A stretch of DNA of 64,000 bases from Marinomonas sp. (GCA_052107635.1 JBQEFB010000020.1:330-64329); one strand, 5' to 3'; shown: positions 51,290-61,722, counted from the first letter of the stretch. Program-made: numbers and translations. Notes: generated by a model not told the origin, from the letters alone.

Positions 51290-53371
51290 CTATACATTTA
51301 AGTATTGGCTATGATTTGGTAACCATCTAGACAGCAAGGGCGATACACATTCGGGAAATTGTTGCTGTAATTGTGTTGCGGCTTTTTGGACATCTTCTAG
51401 TAAATTTTTATCTCTTTGTAAATCAGCGACTTTAAACTCCCAAAGACCAGTTTGTCTGGTTCCTAATAGCTCTCCTGGGCCGCGTAGCTCTAAATCCTTT
51501 TCTGCAATCTTAAATCCATCACTGGTATTACGCATGGTAGATAGACGTTCCTTCCCTTGTTGTCCTAAAGGCGCTTTATACAATAAAACACAATGACTTG
51601 CAGTCTGACCCCGACCGACTCGACCACGTAATTGGTGTAGCTGAGCTAGGCCTAAACGTTCTGGATTTTCAATAATCATTAAGCTGGCATTAGGCACATC
51701 TACACCGACTTCGATAACAGTGGTGGCAACTAATAACTGTATTTCATTCGCTTTAAAGCGAGTCATTATGTCCGATTTTTCTGCGGACTTGAGTCGTCCA
51801 TGAACGAGGCCTATGGTTAATCCAGTGAGCTGTTCTGATAATAAGATGGCAGTATCTTCTGCTGCTTGGCATTGTAACGCTTCTGATTCTTCAATTAGGG
51901 TACAAACCCAATAAACTTGTTTACCTTCTTGGCAGGCGACTCTAACACGTTCAATGACTTCATTACGTCTCTGATCTGATACCACTATAGTATTAACGGG
52001 AGTCCTTCCTGGTGGCAATTCGTCAATCACTGAACAATCTAAATCAGCATAGGCTGACATAGCTAAGGTACGAGGGATAGGAGTGGCCGTCATAATAAGT
52101 TGGTGTGGTTGAAATCCCTGCTTTAACCCTTTTTCTCGCAGCGCCATACGTTGATGGACGCCAAAGCGATGCTGCTCATCAATGACCACGAGTGCTAAGC
52201 GATCAAAATGTACATGTTCTTGAAAAAGAGCGTGGGTGCCGACAATAATGTGGGCAGCTCCCGAGGCAATATCGACTAACTCAGCCTCGCGCGCTTTGCC
52301 TTTTAGTTTTCCAGCCATCCAAGCAACTTTTAACCCTAGTGGTGTAAACCATTGAGTAAAGTTTACGAGATGTTGTTCTGCTAATATTTCCGTTGGTGCC
52401 ATAATTGCGACTTGATAGCCAGAGTGAACGACGGCAGCAGCGGCTAATGCCGCCACAAGTGTTTTGCCCGACCCAACATCCCCTTGCACTAAGCGGAGCA
52501 TCGGGTGCCCAGAGTTAAGGTCACTTAAGAGTTCTTGAAATACTCTCTGTTGGGCGTTTGTTGGGGAAAATGGTAGCTGCTTTAGTAAATCGATCGACAA
52601 TGAACCTGCTTCATTTACTCGAATGGCTTTATCTTGTTTGGCTTTGATTTTTTTGCCAATTAAAGAGAGTTGATGAGCCATGAGTTCTTCAAATGATAGC
52701 CTATATTGTGCAGGGTGTGCTCCTGCTCGTAGCTGATCTAAATTGGCGTCTGTTGTAGGGTGGTGGAGAAAGTGAATCGCTTTGTCTAATGGCGGTAAGC
52801 TAAATTGCTGACGAATAGTATCTGGTAGCCATTCTTTTAAATTGTAGGGTGTTAGACGCTCTAGTGCTTGGTTGCATAGTTGGCGAATTTTGGTTTGAGT
52901 TAAACCTTCTGTTAGCGGATAAATAGGAGTGAGTTGATTGGTTTCTGTGTGCGTATCCTGTTGCTGGATGACCTTGTATTCAGGGTGATAAATCTCAAAT
53001 CCAGTGCTACCGCGACGTATTTCTCCAAAGCAACGAATTTGATTCCCTGACTCCAATTGTTTCTTTTGTGCAGCAGAAAAATGGAAAAAGCGTAGGCATA
53101 GCGTGCCAGTCGAATCTTTGATCCGACAGAGTAAGCTACGGCGTTTTCCCATTTTAATTTCACATCCAGTAGATGTACCTTCTACAACTGCTTCATCGCC
53201 AAATCGTAATTGTCCGATGGGGACAATACGAGTTCTATCTTGGTAGCGTATAGGCAAGTGAAAAAGCAAATCCTGCACCGTATAAAGATGCAGTTTTGCT
53301 AGTTTTTCAGCCATGGCATCGCCAACGCCTTTTAGTTCTCTCACATCCTGTGTGTCGAGATCGTCTATCAT
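51290..53371 (-). CDS. recG: ATP-dependent DNA helicase RecG
   Basis: 693 aa. Wedge domain, Walker A GDVGSGKT, DEQHRFG, and the TATPIPRT motif. Confidence 0.93.
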   Translation of the reverse strand: MIDDLDTQDVRELKGVGDAMAEKLAKLHLYTVQDLLFHLPIRYQDRTRIVPIGQLRFGDEAVVEGTSTGCEIKMGKRRSLLCRIKDSTGTLCLRFFHFSAAQKKQLESGNQIRCFGEIRRGSTGFEIYHPEYKVIQQQDTHTETNQLTPIYPLTEGLTQTKIRQLCNQALERLTPYNLKEWLPDTIRQQFSLPPLDKAIHFLHHPTTDANLDQLRAGAHPAQYRLSFEELMAHQLSLIGKKIKAKQDKAIRVNEAGSLSIDLLKQLPFSPTNAQQRVFQELLSDLNSGHPMLRLVQGDVGSGKTLVAALAAAAVVHSGYQVAIMAPTEILAEQHLVNFTQWFTPLGLKVAWMAGKLKGKAREAELVDIASGAAHIIVGTHALFQEHVHFDRLALVVIDEQHRFGVHQRMALREKGLKQGFQPHQLIMTATPIPRTLAMSAYADLDCSVIDELPPGRTPVNTIVVSDQRRNEVIERVRVACQEGKQVYWVCTLIEESEALQCQAAEDTAILLSEQLTGLTIGLVHGRLKSAEKSDIMTRFKANEIQLLVATTVIEVGVDVPNASLMIIENPERLGLAQLHQLRGRVGRGQTASHCVLLYKAPLGQQGKERLSTMRNTSDGFKIAEKDLELRGPGELLGTRQTGLWEFKVADLQRDKNLLEDVQKAATQLQQQFPECVSPLLSRWLPNHSQYLNV

Positions 53372-53376
53372 AATAG

Positions 53377-54282
53377 TTAAATATCCAGTTTTTTACTGGC
53401 CTCTCGAATAGCCTGACTGACGGCTTCAATAGCACTAGGACGTGGATAACTCGCGCGCCAAGCAAGAGCTACAGTGCGTTTAGGAGCAGGGGCAGTAAAA
53501 GGGCGAACTTCCAGTAATGAATGATCGATATTCATAACGGCTGATTTAGGTAATACAGTGACACCTAAGCCAGAAGCGACCATGTACCGAATAGTTTCAA
53601 GAGAGCTGCCATTAACTATGGTACGCCCATCACTAAACTCACCTTCTTTTACCAAAGGGCAAGCCTCTAACACTTGTTCGCTGAAGCAGTGACCTTTTCC
53701 AAGTAATAATAAATTATCGCTAGAAAGCTGGTTTGTATCAATATGAGTGAGCTTGGTCCAAGGATGCTCTTTAGGCATTAACACCACAAACTCTTCTTCA
53801 TAAATCGGTTGTGTGACCACATCTGGTTCACGGAACGGAAGTGCAATGATAATCGCATCTAACTCACCATTACGCAGTTTAGGGCGTAGGCTTTCAGTGA
53901 GATCTTCTTCGATGATAAGCGGCATGTCATCAGTGATTGCACGCAAGCTAGGAATCATGGAAGGGAAAAGGTAAGGTGCAATCGTAAAAATGGACCCTAT
54001 TTTAATAGGTCCTTTTAATTGGTTATGCCCAGAAGACGCTAGCTCTTTAATAATGTTGGCTTGCTCAAGTACTCGCTTGGCTTGCTCAACGATTTTATTA
54101 CCGATTGGGGTGATATACACTGAGCTTTTGCTGCGCTCAAAAATAGCGGCACCAAGTTCTTCTTCGAGTTTTTTAACCGCAACGCTCAGTGTTGGCTGAG
54201 ATACGTAGCATTTTTCAGCGGCATGGCCAAAATGCTGCTCTTGTGCCAGCATAACAACATATTTTAATTCAGTTAATGTCAT
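53377..54282 (-). CDS. oxyR: LysR-family hydrogen-peroxide sensor OxyR
   Basis: LTTR HTH with a redox Cys pair at the E. coli C199/C208 spacing (GHCFSEQVLEAC). oxyR-recG adjacency as in Pseudomonas. Confidence 0.8.
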   Translation of the reverse strand: MTLTELKYVVMLAQEQHFGHAAEKCYVSQPTLSVAVKKLEEELGAAIFERSKSSVYITPIGNKIVEQAKRVLEQANIIKELASSGHNQLKGPIKIGSIFTIAPYLFPSMIPSLRAITDDMPLIIEEDLTESLRPKLRNGELDAIIIALPFREPDVVTQPIYEEEFVVLMPKEHPWTKLTHIDTNQLSSDNLLLLGKGHCFSEQVLEACPLVKEGEFSDGRTIVNGSSLETIRYMVASGLGVTVLPKSAVMNIDHSLLEVRPFTAPAPKRTVALAWRASYPRPSAIEAVSQAIREASKKLDI

Positions 54283-54386
54283 AACGTACCCTCAACCTAA
54301 TCATTGTTAATAACTATGATAATACAAAATTTGATAACGTGTATCAGATACTCTAAGTTTTACTTTTATTCCTGACAAGGGGCATC

Positions 54387-55241
54387 ATGAATTTGAATAG
54401 AATATTAATTGCTGGGTGTGGTGATTTAGGCTCAGGCATTGCACCATATTTTGTTAACAGAGGCGACCAAGTCTATGGTATTCGTCGATCTGGTATAGTT
54501 TATCCTAACGGTGTTATTGGTATTACCGGCAATATTACAGAGCTAAAAGAGACTGATTTACCTGATGTTGAATTAGTTTTTCTTATTATGACACCGTCAG
54601 AGAGAACAGAGGTGGGCTATCAGTCAGCTTACTATGATACGGCTAGTCGACTGGTAGAGCGTTATAAAGCATCACAAACGCCTATCATTTTTGTATCAAG
54701 TACTAGTGTCTACGGTCAGAATCAAGGGGAGTGGATTGATCATCAAACAGTTCCTTTGGCAGGGAAATCGACGGCACAGATGTTATTGGCAACCGAGCAG
54801 TTATTAGCAGACGCTTTGCCTTCTATTGCAGTTCGTTGCTCTGGGATTTACGGTCCTGGTCGTTATCGTATGCTGAACAAAGTTATGTCAGATGAGTGTT
54901 GGGGGGGAAATAGTTGGACTAATCGTGTTCATAGAGATGATGTGGTTCGAGCATTGTGCCATTTAGCAGATAAAGTACTTAATAATGATACGTTAGCTAA
55001 ACAATATAATGTCACCGATGATACACCCGTTTCTATGTGGGAAGTGAAATTATGCATTGCTACCTTGCTGGGGGTAGCAGTCAATATTCCGAAGAACGCA
55101 GGCGCTTTTATTCCCTCTACAGGTAAGCGAATTACTAATGCGGCACTCAAAGAGACAGGCTTTCGCTTTGACTATCCAAGCTATGTTAGTGGTTATGTTG
55201 AGTTGGTGAAGGCGTTTCAATTAGAGCAAAGAGATGAATAA
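54387..55241 (+). CDS. NAD(P)-binding Rossmann-fold protein (atypical SDR / epimerase-dehydratase family)
   Basis: N-terminal ILIAGCGDLGSGIA glycine motif. 284 aa. Function unknown. Confidence 0.6.
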   Translation: MNLNRILIAGCGDLGSGIAPYFVNRGDQVYGIRRSGIVYPNGVIGITGNITELKETDLPDVELVFLIMTPSERTEVGYQSAYYDTASRLVERYKASQTPIIFVSSTSVYGQNQGEWIDHQTVPLAGKSTAQMLLATEQLLADALPSIAVRCSGIYGPGRYRMLNKVMSDECWGGNSWTNRVHRDDVVRALCHLADKVLNNDTLAKQYNVTDDTPVSMWEVKLCIATLLGVAVNIPKNAGAFIPSTGKRITNAALKETGFRFDYPSYVSGYVELVKAFQLEQRDE

Positions 55242-55246
55242 AAAAA

Positions 55247-55270
55247 GAGACGCAATGCGTCTCTTTTTTT
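55247..55270 (+). terminator. Rho-independent terminator after the SDR gene
   Basis: GAGACGC-AAT-GCGTCTCTTTTTTT. Confidence 0.85.
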
Positions 55271-55277
55271 CAGTTGT

Positions 55278-55310
55278 TTCCTTCATGTTTTTAACTCACA
55301 CATGAAGGAA
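55278..55310 (-). terminator. Hairpin terminator after ridA
   Basis: TTCCTTCATGT-N11-ACATGAAGGAA, a perfect 11-bp stem 8 nt after the ridA stop. Confidence 0.65.
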
Positions 55311-55318
55311 AAAGACGA

Positions 55319-55705
55319 CTAGTCTTCAAGAACCATGATTGCTTCGATTTCAACCTGAACGCCTTTAGGAAGAGCACGAACACCCATAGCTGCACGAGCT
55401 GGGTAAGGTTGTTTAACAAATTTAGTCATTACTTCGTTAACGGTTGCGAAGTTGCCTAGATCTGTCATGAAAATATTGAATTTCACAACATCTTCTAAAG
55501 AGCCACCAGCAGCAGCACAAACGGCTTCAAGATTTTTAAATACTTGAGTAGTTTGGTCAACAATGTCTTCACTGATAACTTCCATTGTTTCTGCTACTAG
55601 AGGAATCTGACCTGAAAGGTAAACGGTGTTGCCTGCGCGAACCGCTTGAGAGTAAGGGCCGATTGCTGCTGGTGCTTTATCAGTATGAATTATTTGCTTT
55701 GCCAT
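55319..55705 (-). CDS. ridA: RidA/YjgF-family reactive enamine-imine deaminase
   Basis: 128 aa. ..[23 protein letters not shown].. and ..[22 protein letters not shown]. Confidence 0.9.
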   Translation of the reverse strand: MAKQIIHTDKAPAAIGPYSQAVRAGNTVYLSGQIPLVAETMEVISEDIVDQTTQVFKNLEAVCAAAGGSLEDVVKFNIFMTDLGNFATVNEVMTKFVKQPYPARAAMGVRALPKGVQVEIEAIMVLED

Positions 55706-55789
55706 GATCTAAAATCCCATTTTAAATATAATGTCTGTGCGGTTTTTTTAGCCGCAGAAGGTTAAAGTATCGAGATTACTTTAAATTTT

Positions 55790-57904
55790 TTAACGGCCGA
55801 CTATGGTCTCACGCGTTACTTTCTCTACGCAATGAACCGCTTTAATTCGGCGCATTACATCTGCTAAACCAACACGGCTAGAGATGGTAATGCTAAGACG
55901 AAGTCTGCTCACTCGGCCGCGTTCAATAATATCTAGATTAGATACTTGATAGTCTGTATCACTAATGGAGCTGGCTATTTTTGCGACAGCGCCACGTTCA
56001 TTGATATAGCTGACGATCAAGCTGATATTGAGATCTTCTTCAATATCTTTGCCCCATACCATACGGATAAAACGTTCAGGGTTAGATAAATGATCCTGAA
56101 TGTTAGGGCAGTTCAAATGATGAATTACGATGCCTTTATCGACCTGTACATAACCGACAATAGGATCTCCTGGAATAGGAGAACAACATTTCGCATAAGA
56201 AATGAGCATGCCTTCAGAGCCATTGACCTTAAAGGATTTCGGTGTGACCAAGGTTTCTTCATCGTAGTTCGGGAAAAGCTCTCTAGCGACCAAATAGCCA
56301 ACATGTCGACCTTTACCAATTGATTCGAGTAAATCATCTAAAGCGTTGAGCTGATGCTGTACAAGCACTTGATTGATTTGCTCTGATGTTAATTCTTCAA
56401 TATTCGTTTTAAAAGCATTCAAAGAGCGAGTAAGCAGGCGGTAGCCAATAGAAATAGCATTTTCACGCTGTTTGTCTTTGAGGTAGTGACGAATATTCGT
56501 CCGTGCTTTACCAGTAATTGCAAAGCTTAGCCAAGCGACATTAGGCTGGGCATTTTTAGCACTGATAATTTCAACGGTTTGACCGCTTTCTAGCTGTGTA
56601 CTTAATGGCGCAAGGCGTCGGTTTATACGGCAAGAGATGCAAGTATTGCCGATTTCTGTGTGCACGCCATAAGCAAAATCCACTGGTGTTGCCCCAGAAG
56701 GTAACTCAATAATTTGACCTTTTGGAGTGAATACATACACTTCATCAGGAAATAAATCACTTTTAACGTTATCGACAAATTCTATGGGATTGCCAGCTTT
56801 TTGCTGAATTTCCAGCAAGCTTTTTACCCATTTTGTAGCTCGGTCGTGATTGTTTGGCGCGGCTGAGTTTCCACTGAATTTATAAGCCCAATGTGCTGCA
56901 ATACCATTATTAGCTACTAAATCCATTTCTTCTGTACGGATCTGAATTTCCATAGGTAAGCCATTAGTACCCACTACAGTGGTGTGTAATGACTGATAAC
57001 CATTGGACTTGGGTACCGCAATATAATCTTTAAAACGGCCTTCGATCGGCTTAAAAAGAGAATGTATTGTACCTAAAATACGATAACAGCTATCGTGACG
57101 ATCAGTGACGATACGCACACCTAACACATCCATGATTTCATCAAGAGAACGGCGTTTTTTGCTCATTTTCTGATAAATACTATAAATATGTTTTTCTCTG
57201 ACACTAATTGTCGCATCAATATAATCAGCGGCTAGCTCAGAGCGAATAAAGTCTTCAAGTTTTTCTGTGTCTTTGCTGCGGTGGCCATATTTTTTATTAA
57301 TGGCTTTTTGCAACATGCGCGCACGCATAGGGTAGTAGGCTTCAAAGGCAAGAGATTCTAGTGCCACACGCACATTGTACATACCTAAACGGTTAGCAAT
57401 GGGGGCATAAATATCTAGTGTTTCACGAGCAATACGGCGTTTTTTGTGCGCTGGCATGGAGTTCAGCGTACGCATATTGTGTAAACGGTCGGCTAATTTA
57501 ACAAGAATGACACGAATGTCATCTGCCATAGCCATGGCCATTTTTTGGAAGTTATGAGCTTGTTTTTCAATTTGGCTATTGAATTCTAAATGCGTCAGCT
57601 TACTGACGCCATCGACCAAACTGGCAACACCTTCTCCAAACTGCTCCGTTAATGCTTCACGGCTAATGCCGGTGTCTTCAATAACGTCATGAAGAAGCGC
57701 TGCTGTTAGCCCATCACTGTCCATGCGTAATTCAGCAAGAATTTCAGCAGCAGCAAGTGGATGGGTAACATAAGGTTCACCACTTTTACGCCATTGCCCA
57801 TCATGAGCTTGTTCGGCGTAATAGTAAGCACGTTTTACCTGAGCAATTTGCTCATAAGGTAAATATTGGCTTAGTGTCAGAGATAGATCTTCAATGGTAT
57901 ACAT
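55790..57904 (-). CDS. spoT: Bifunctional (p)ppGpp synthetase/hydrolase SpoT
   Basis: 704 aa. HD hydrolase motif (HPLAAAEIL..LHDVIEDT), followed by RelA_SpoT synthetase, TGS and ACT regions. Follows rpoZ. Confidence 0.92.
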   Translation of the reverse strand: MYTIEDLSLTLSQYLPYEQIAQVKRAYYYAEQAHDGQWRKSGEPYVTHPLAAAEILAELRMDSDGLTAALLHDVIEDTGISREALTEQFGEGVASLVDGVSKLTHLEFNSQIEKQAHNFQKMAMAMADDIRVILVKLADRLHNMRTLNSMPAHKKRRIARETLDIYAPIANRLGMYNVRVALESLAFEAYYPMRARMLQKAINKKYGHRSKDTEKLEDFIRSELAADYIDATISVREKHIYSIYQKMSKKRRSLDEIMDVLGVRIVTDRHDSCYRILGTIHSLFKPIEGRFKDYIAVPKSNGYQSLHTTVVGTNGLPMEIQIRTEEMDLVANNGIAAHWAYKFSGNSAAPNNHDRATKWVKSLLEIQQKAGNPIEFVDNVKSDLFPDEVYVFTPKGQIIELPSGATPVDFAYGVHTEIGNTCISCRINRRLAPLSTQLESGQTVEIISAKNAQPNVAWLSFAITGKARTNIRHYLKDKQRENAISIGYRLLTRSLNAFKTNIEELTSEQINQVLVQHQLNALDDLLESIGKGRHVGYLVARELFPNYDEETLVTPKSFKVNGSEGMLISYAKCCSPIPGDPIVGYVQVDKGIVIHHLNCPNIQDHLSNPERFIRMVWGKDIEEDLNISLIVSYINERGAVAKIASSISDTDYQVSNLDIIERGRVSRLRLSITISSRVGLADVMRRIKAVHCVEKVTRETIVGR

Positions 57905-57966
57905 CGCTCACCTCACAACAGTAAATAAGAAGTACGACGGCAGTGGTATGAGCGATACCATCAAGA

Positions 57967-58191
57967 TTAGAACTCGTGAACAGGTTGCTTTTGAAGATCA
58001 ACGTTTTTAGCGTTAATCAAGTCTGCAGCAATTTCACGTAAAGCAACTACAGTTACTTTGTCGTCTTCAATCGCTACTTTAGCCTCTTCACCACCTGTGG
58101 CGAGTTGACGTGCACGTTTTGATGCCACCATGACTAATTCAAAGCGGTTATCAACATTTTCTAAACAATCTTCTACGGTAACTCGAGCCAT
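57967..58191 (-). CDS. rpoZ: DNA-directed RNA polymerase subunit omega
   Basis: [30 protein letters not shown]. Confidence 0.95.
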   Translation of the reverse strand: MARVTVEDCLENVDNRFELVMVASKRARQLATGGEEAKVAIEDDKVTVVALREIAADLINAKNVDLQKQPVHEF

Positions 58192-58249
58192 TTTGACCTC
58201 TGTATTACGGTTATCTATTTATGCGAATCTAATTCTACTTAACGGCTTA

Positions 58250-58873
58250 TTATAATGACAAGAGATCATTAAGGAGATTGCCATATTTTTGTTTCATTAC
58301 TGTGTTTTTTGAGCGCATTGCAGTAAAAATTGACTTCATTTGTGTTAATGCTGTCTCAAAGTCATCGTTCACGATGACAAAGTCATATTCATTGTAGTGT
58401 GAAATCTCGTTTACGGCCTTGCTCATACGACGCTGAATGACCTCTTCACTGTCGGTACCACGGTCGCGAAGACGTTCTTCTAGTACCGCTAAAGACGGTG
58501 GTAATATAAAAATACCAATAGCATCTGGGTAAAGTTTTCGTACTTGGCGAGCCCCTTGCCAATCGATCTCTAAAATAACATCAAGACCTTGTTCGAGCAT
58601 ATTAAAGATAGAGGCTTTGGATGTGCCGTAAAAGTTATCGAACACTTGAGCGTGTTCAAAAAAAGCTTCCTCAGCAATCATATCTAAGAAATCTTCATCT
58701 TCTGTGAAATAGTATTCACGACCATGCTCTTCTCCAGTTCTCGCAGCTCTTGTTGTATGAGAGATGGAAATACGTACCTTATCATCTGCTTTCAGTAATG
58801 CTTTGTATAAAGAAGATTTACCTGCACCGGACGGCGCAGAAAGGATAAATAAGTTGCCTGTGTGTAGATCCAT
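58250..58873 (-). CDS. gmk: Guanylate kinase
   Basis: P-loop SAPSGAGKSSL. 207 aa. gmk-rpoZ-spoT order. Confidence 0.93.
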   Translation of the reverse strand: MDLHTGNLFILSAPSGAGKSSLYKALLKADDKVRISISHTTRAARTGEEHGREYYFTEDEDFLDMIAEEAFFEHAQVFDNFYGTSKASIFNMLEQGLDVILEIDWQGARQVRKLYPDAIGIFILPPSLAVLEERLRDRGTDSEEVIQRRMSKAVNEISHYNEYDFVIVNDDFETALTQMKSIFTAMRSKNTVMKQKYGNLLNDLLSL

Positions 58874-59134
58874 AGAGCCTTTAAACCTAGTTAGAATTAC
58901 TCAAATGATAATATAATCACTATACCACAATTTAAGCTTGCTTCGCTTTTCTTATATTTAGCGAGACGAAGAGGTTGTGTATCGCATCTATTTGATAAAT
59001 TGTGTGTTTGGTAATCGTGTATAAATGTAATTTAGAGTATATTATTTAGGCAAAATCAAAGACATGAGTCTAAACTTTCAATGATAAAACACATAGAAAG
59101 TTGTTAATGCAGGGAAGAGAAAATATATGAAAAC

Positions 59135-59440
59135 AGAATTAAAAAAGCAGGATATGCCTGAATTCAAGTCCGAAGTGCGACACTTTTTCGGACGATGGTT
59201 TATTCGTCTCATATAGTCGCTTGAGTCACCTCTTTGGCTGATTTTGAACCCTCTTTCTTTATCAGATAAAAACGCGTCTTTGTTTCTAACAAGGTGACGA
59301 TTGAGCCTGTTCCGTGTTTACCCAAAACAGTGTCTATTTCCCAGTCCCTAAAGCGTTTTTTGGTATCGAAAATCACAGGTCTATCATCAATGGGTTTATA
59401 AACTCATGGGAGGTCGTATAGAGCTCACCTCTAAAGAGGA
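59135..59440 (-). pseudogene. IS30-family transposase relic (central catalytic-region fragment, with frameshifts and internal deletions)
   Basis: The minus-strand translation reads VYKPIDDRPVIFDTKKRFRDWEIDTVLGKHGTGSIVTLLETKTRFYLIKKEGSKSAKEV. This fits the IS30 pattern I..RP..V..R...G.WE.D...G.......TL.ER.TR. It is interrupted by stops on both sides. No HTH N-terminus or C-terminal part is present. Confidence 0.7.
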
Positions 59441-59499
59441 AGAGGGGGCTGTTTATATTCCTTTACAGCTTGCTAGGGTACAGCCTAGTTGAGAAGGCA

Positions 59500-59536
59500 G
59501 CCTAAGGCATTGAGAGTAAATGCCTTAGGCTTTTTT
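59500..59536 (+). terminator. Strong hairpin plus T-run (plus-strand polarity) abutting the 3-prime end of the minus-strand LTA-synthase-family gene
   Basis: GCCTAAGGCAT-N9-ATGCCTTAGGCTTTTTT. The T-run follows the stem only on the plus strand, where no intact gene precedes it. Confidence 0.5.
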
Positions 59537-59538
59537 AT

Positions 59539-61581
59539 CTAATCTTTAAACCCTTTTACCCGAGCATTAATTTGCCAACGTAACAGTTCGGGTAGCGCTT
59601 TTTGACGAGCTTGCTGTGAGGCTGATACTGTTTGACTGTGTTTTTCGACAACAAATCCTGATGTGTCTTTCCAAGGGTAAAACGCAGGCTGCCCACTCAT
59701 TGGGTAAGCACCGTTTTCATCAATCCAAAGCATAGTGTTGTATCCGAAAGCACGTTGCTTATCATCATCTTTCGCTAGCATATTACGTCCAACAATCGCT
59801 TGATAGCGGGTATTTGATAATGAGTAATTGTACAGCGTTGGAAAAATATCCTTATGAGAGCCTACTCGATTTGGATCGTAAGCCCAGTCTGTATGATCGA
59901 GGATTTTCTTCGGTACATGCAGATAAAAGGGAACCGCGCGATCAAGCATTTGTTCTTCTGGGTAATAGGCTTTTAAACGACGCATTTGATGATCGCCTGT
60001 AGCGGCTATTAATGTGTTATCTGCTTTACCGGAGGCTTTTATCGCAGTAATAAACTGTCCAAAACTGTCAGTTGCGTACTGATAGGTTTTTTGTATCTGT
60101 TTTTCTTCTTGACCCTCAGCTTCCGCGTGACGAGCTATTTCTGGTGTTATTGCTATTGGTTTTGGATCATAGCGTTGCGGAGTGACATAAGGTGGGTGAT
60201 TAGTAATAGTCAAGATGCTAATAAAGATAGGTTCTTTAGATTCTTGTAATAACTTTTCAGCCAGGCGATAAGCGTAATCGTCAGGTACGCCCCAATCAGT
60301 CATTTCCTGTTCTGCTTGAGGGTATAGTTTCATCAAGGTATTTTGATCATAAATAGCATCAACACCTTGAACGGGTAAGTAATTTACTAGATTCCGCCAC
60401 ATCATATTGCCAGGAGAAATAAAGATAACTTTATAGCCTGCTTTTTTGTATACATCGAATGGTATGCCACTGAGCTTTGTGTGTTGTGCTGAGCTATGGC
60501 TGATGTTTTGCATTGGGCTATGGAAGAACATAGCGGCTAATGACGGTGCAGTACCGTTATCTTCTGAAATAAAGCGTTTAAAAACAAAATCGTTAGCGAA
60601 ATGAGGGCGCAGGTGGCCTAGCAAATCGTTTTTGTCTACATCATCGAACTGCAACATATTGCTGCCAAAGCTTTCCATCAATGCCATCACGACATTGGGT
60701 TTATGTTTTTCAAGCCAAGGGTTAGTCGGTGTTGTTGCCATGAGACTGTTTATGCCTAAAGTCGTTTTTAACTGTTCTCCTTTTGCTTTGTTAACCGGAG
60801 AAAATGACAAGTCATTATTATGGTCATCCATGGCCCAGCTTAGACTCATAAATCCATTAGGGGTGATCTTGTTGAGTAATAACAGTTGAGACACTTGCGC
60901 ATTGCCTCGTCTAAGAGGAAAAGTCCCTAGACTGCCACGACTAATAATTGCGATGACTAGTATCATCACAAATACATAAAGAACGAACAGGCCTAAAGGC
61001 CATTTACGAGATGCCTTCTCTTTCATCAAAAAAGACACTAATCGACCCGAGATAAACGCCAGAGCAAGCGCTGAAAATAAGCCTCGAAGTACTGGGTAGC
61101 CGTCCCACATATTCCCCAACACGCTAGCGGTATCATCTTCCGCTAGGCCAAAAGCAAAAACATCAAAGGTGTTATGGTAAGTTTGGTAATAGTAATAGTT
61201 ACTAATGGCAAGCATAGCAACCGCAAAAGCGAGTAAGCTAAATACCCAAGGTAAACAAATACTCATTACTTTCCAAGACTTCTGACTTACAGCCATTAAA
61301 AGCCCAAGCAGTAAAAAAGGTACCATCAGCATACCAGCAACGCGTAAATCGTAGCGAACACCAGTAATCCACATGCGCTGTACATCGTCGCTATGACTTG
61401 CTAATTGACTTGGTTCAGAGAATACGATCAACATCGCATAGCGCGCTGTCATGAGAATTAGAACAATATAAAGTATCTGGAAGATTAATGTTTTAAATAA
61501 CGAATGAATTCTCGATTGATACATAGCGCAGCCGATTCCTAAGCATAAAAATATGGAGATAAAGAGAAGTATAACACTCAA
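59539..61581 (-). CDS. LTA-synthase/sulfatase-family membrane protein (phosphoglycerol- or phosphoethanolamine-transferase-like)
   Basis: 680 aa. Five or so N-terminal TM helices are followed by an alkaline-phosphatase-superfamily domain (..NVVMALMESFGS.., ..TGDHQMR..). TTG start at 61581 without an SD, so the start is uncertain. Confidence 0.7.
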   Translation of the reverse strand: MSVILLFISIFLCLGIGCAMYQSRIHSLFKTLIFQILYIVLILMTARYAMLIVFSEPSQLASHSDDVQRMWITGVRYDLRVAGMLMVPFLLLGLLMAVSQKSWKVMSICLPWVFSLLAFAVAMLAISNYYYYQTYHNTFDVFAFGLAEDDTASVLGNMWDGYPVLRGLFSALALAFISGRLVSFLMKEKASRKWPLGLFVLYVFVMILVIAIISRGSLGTFPLRRGNAQVSQLLLLNKITPNGFMSLSWAMDDHNNDLSFSPVNKAKGEQLKTTLGINSLMATTPTNPWLEKHKPNVVMALMESFGSNMLQFDDVDKNDLLGHLRPHFANDFVFKRFISEDNGTAPSLAAMFFHSPMQNISHSSAQHTKLSGIPFDVYKKAGYKVIFISPGNMMWRNLVNYLPVQGVDAIYDQNTLMKLYPQAEQEMTDWGVPDDYAYRLAEKLLQESKEPIFISILTITNHPPYVTPQRYDPKPIAITPEIARHAEAEGQEEKQIQKTYQYATDSFGQFITAIKASGKADNTLIAATGDHQMRRLKAYYPEEQMLDRAVPFYLHVPKKILDHTDWAYDPNRVGSHKDIFPTLYNYSLSNTRYQAIVGRNMLAKDDDKQRAFGYNTMLWIDENGAYPMSGQPAFYPWKDTSGFVVEKHSQTVSASQQARQKALPELLRWQINARVKGFKD

Positions 61582-61585
61582 ATTT

Positions 61586-61613
61586 TATGTGCTTCTTAAT
61601 AAAGAAGCACATA
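61586..61613. promoter_or_regulatory. Perfect 11-bp inverted repeat ATGTGCTTCTT-AATA-AAGAAGCACAT
   Basis: Lies 5 nt upstream of the LTA-synthase-family start and 110 nt downstream of the MFS gene stop. It could be an operator or a weak terminator. Confidence 0.4.
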
Positions 61614-61722
61614 TTTTATAAAATAATATTTCTTGCATTCTTATGTGAATAGAAAAACGATAGGGAACGAATTTTTTATATAAGAGATACTAAATCTATG
61701 TATGAATAACCTGTTATAAGAA

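Noticed and set aside
59127-59216. 29-aa plus-strand ORF (MKTELKKQDMPEFKSEVRHFFGRWFIRLI) with an upstream purine-rich stretch.
   Set aside because: It is antisense to the IS30 transposase relic. The better explanation is chance opening of the complementary frame.
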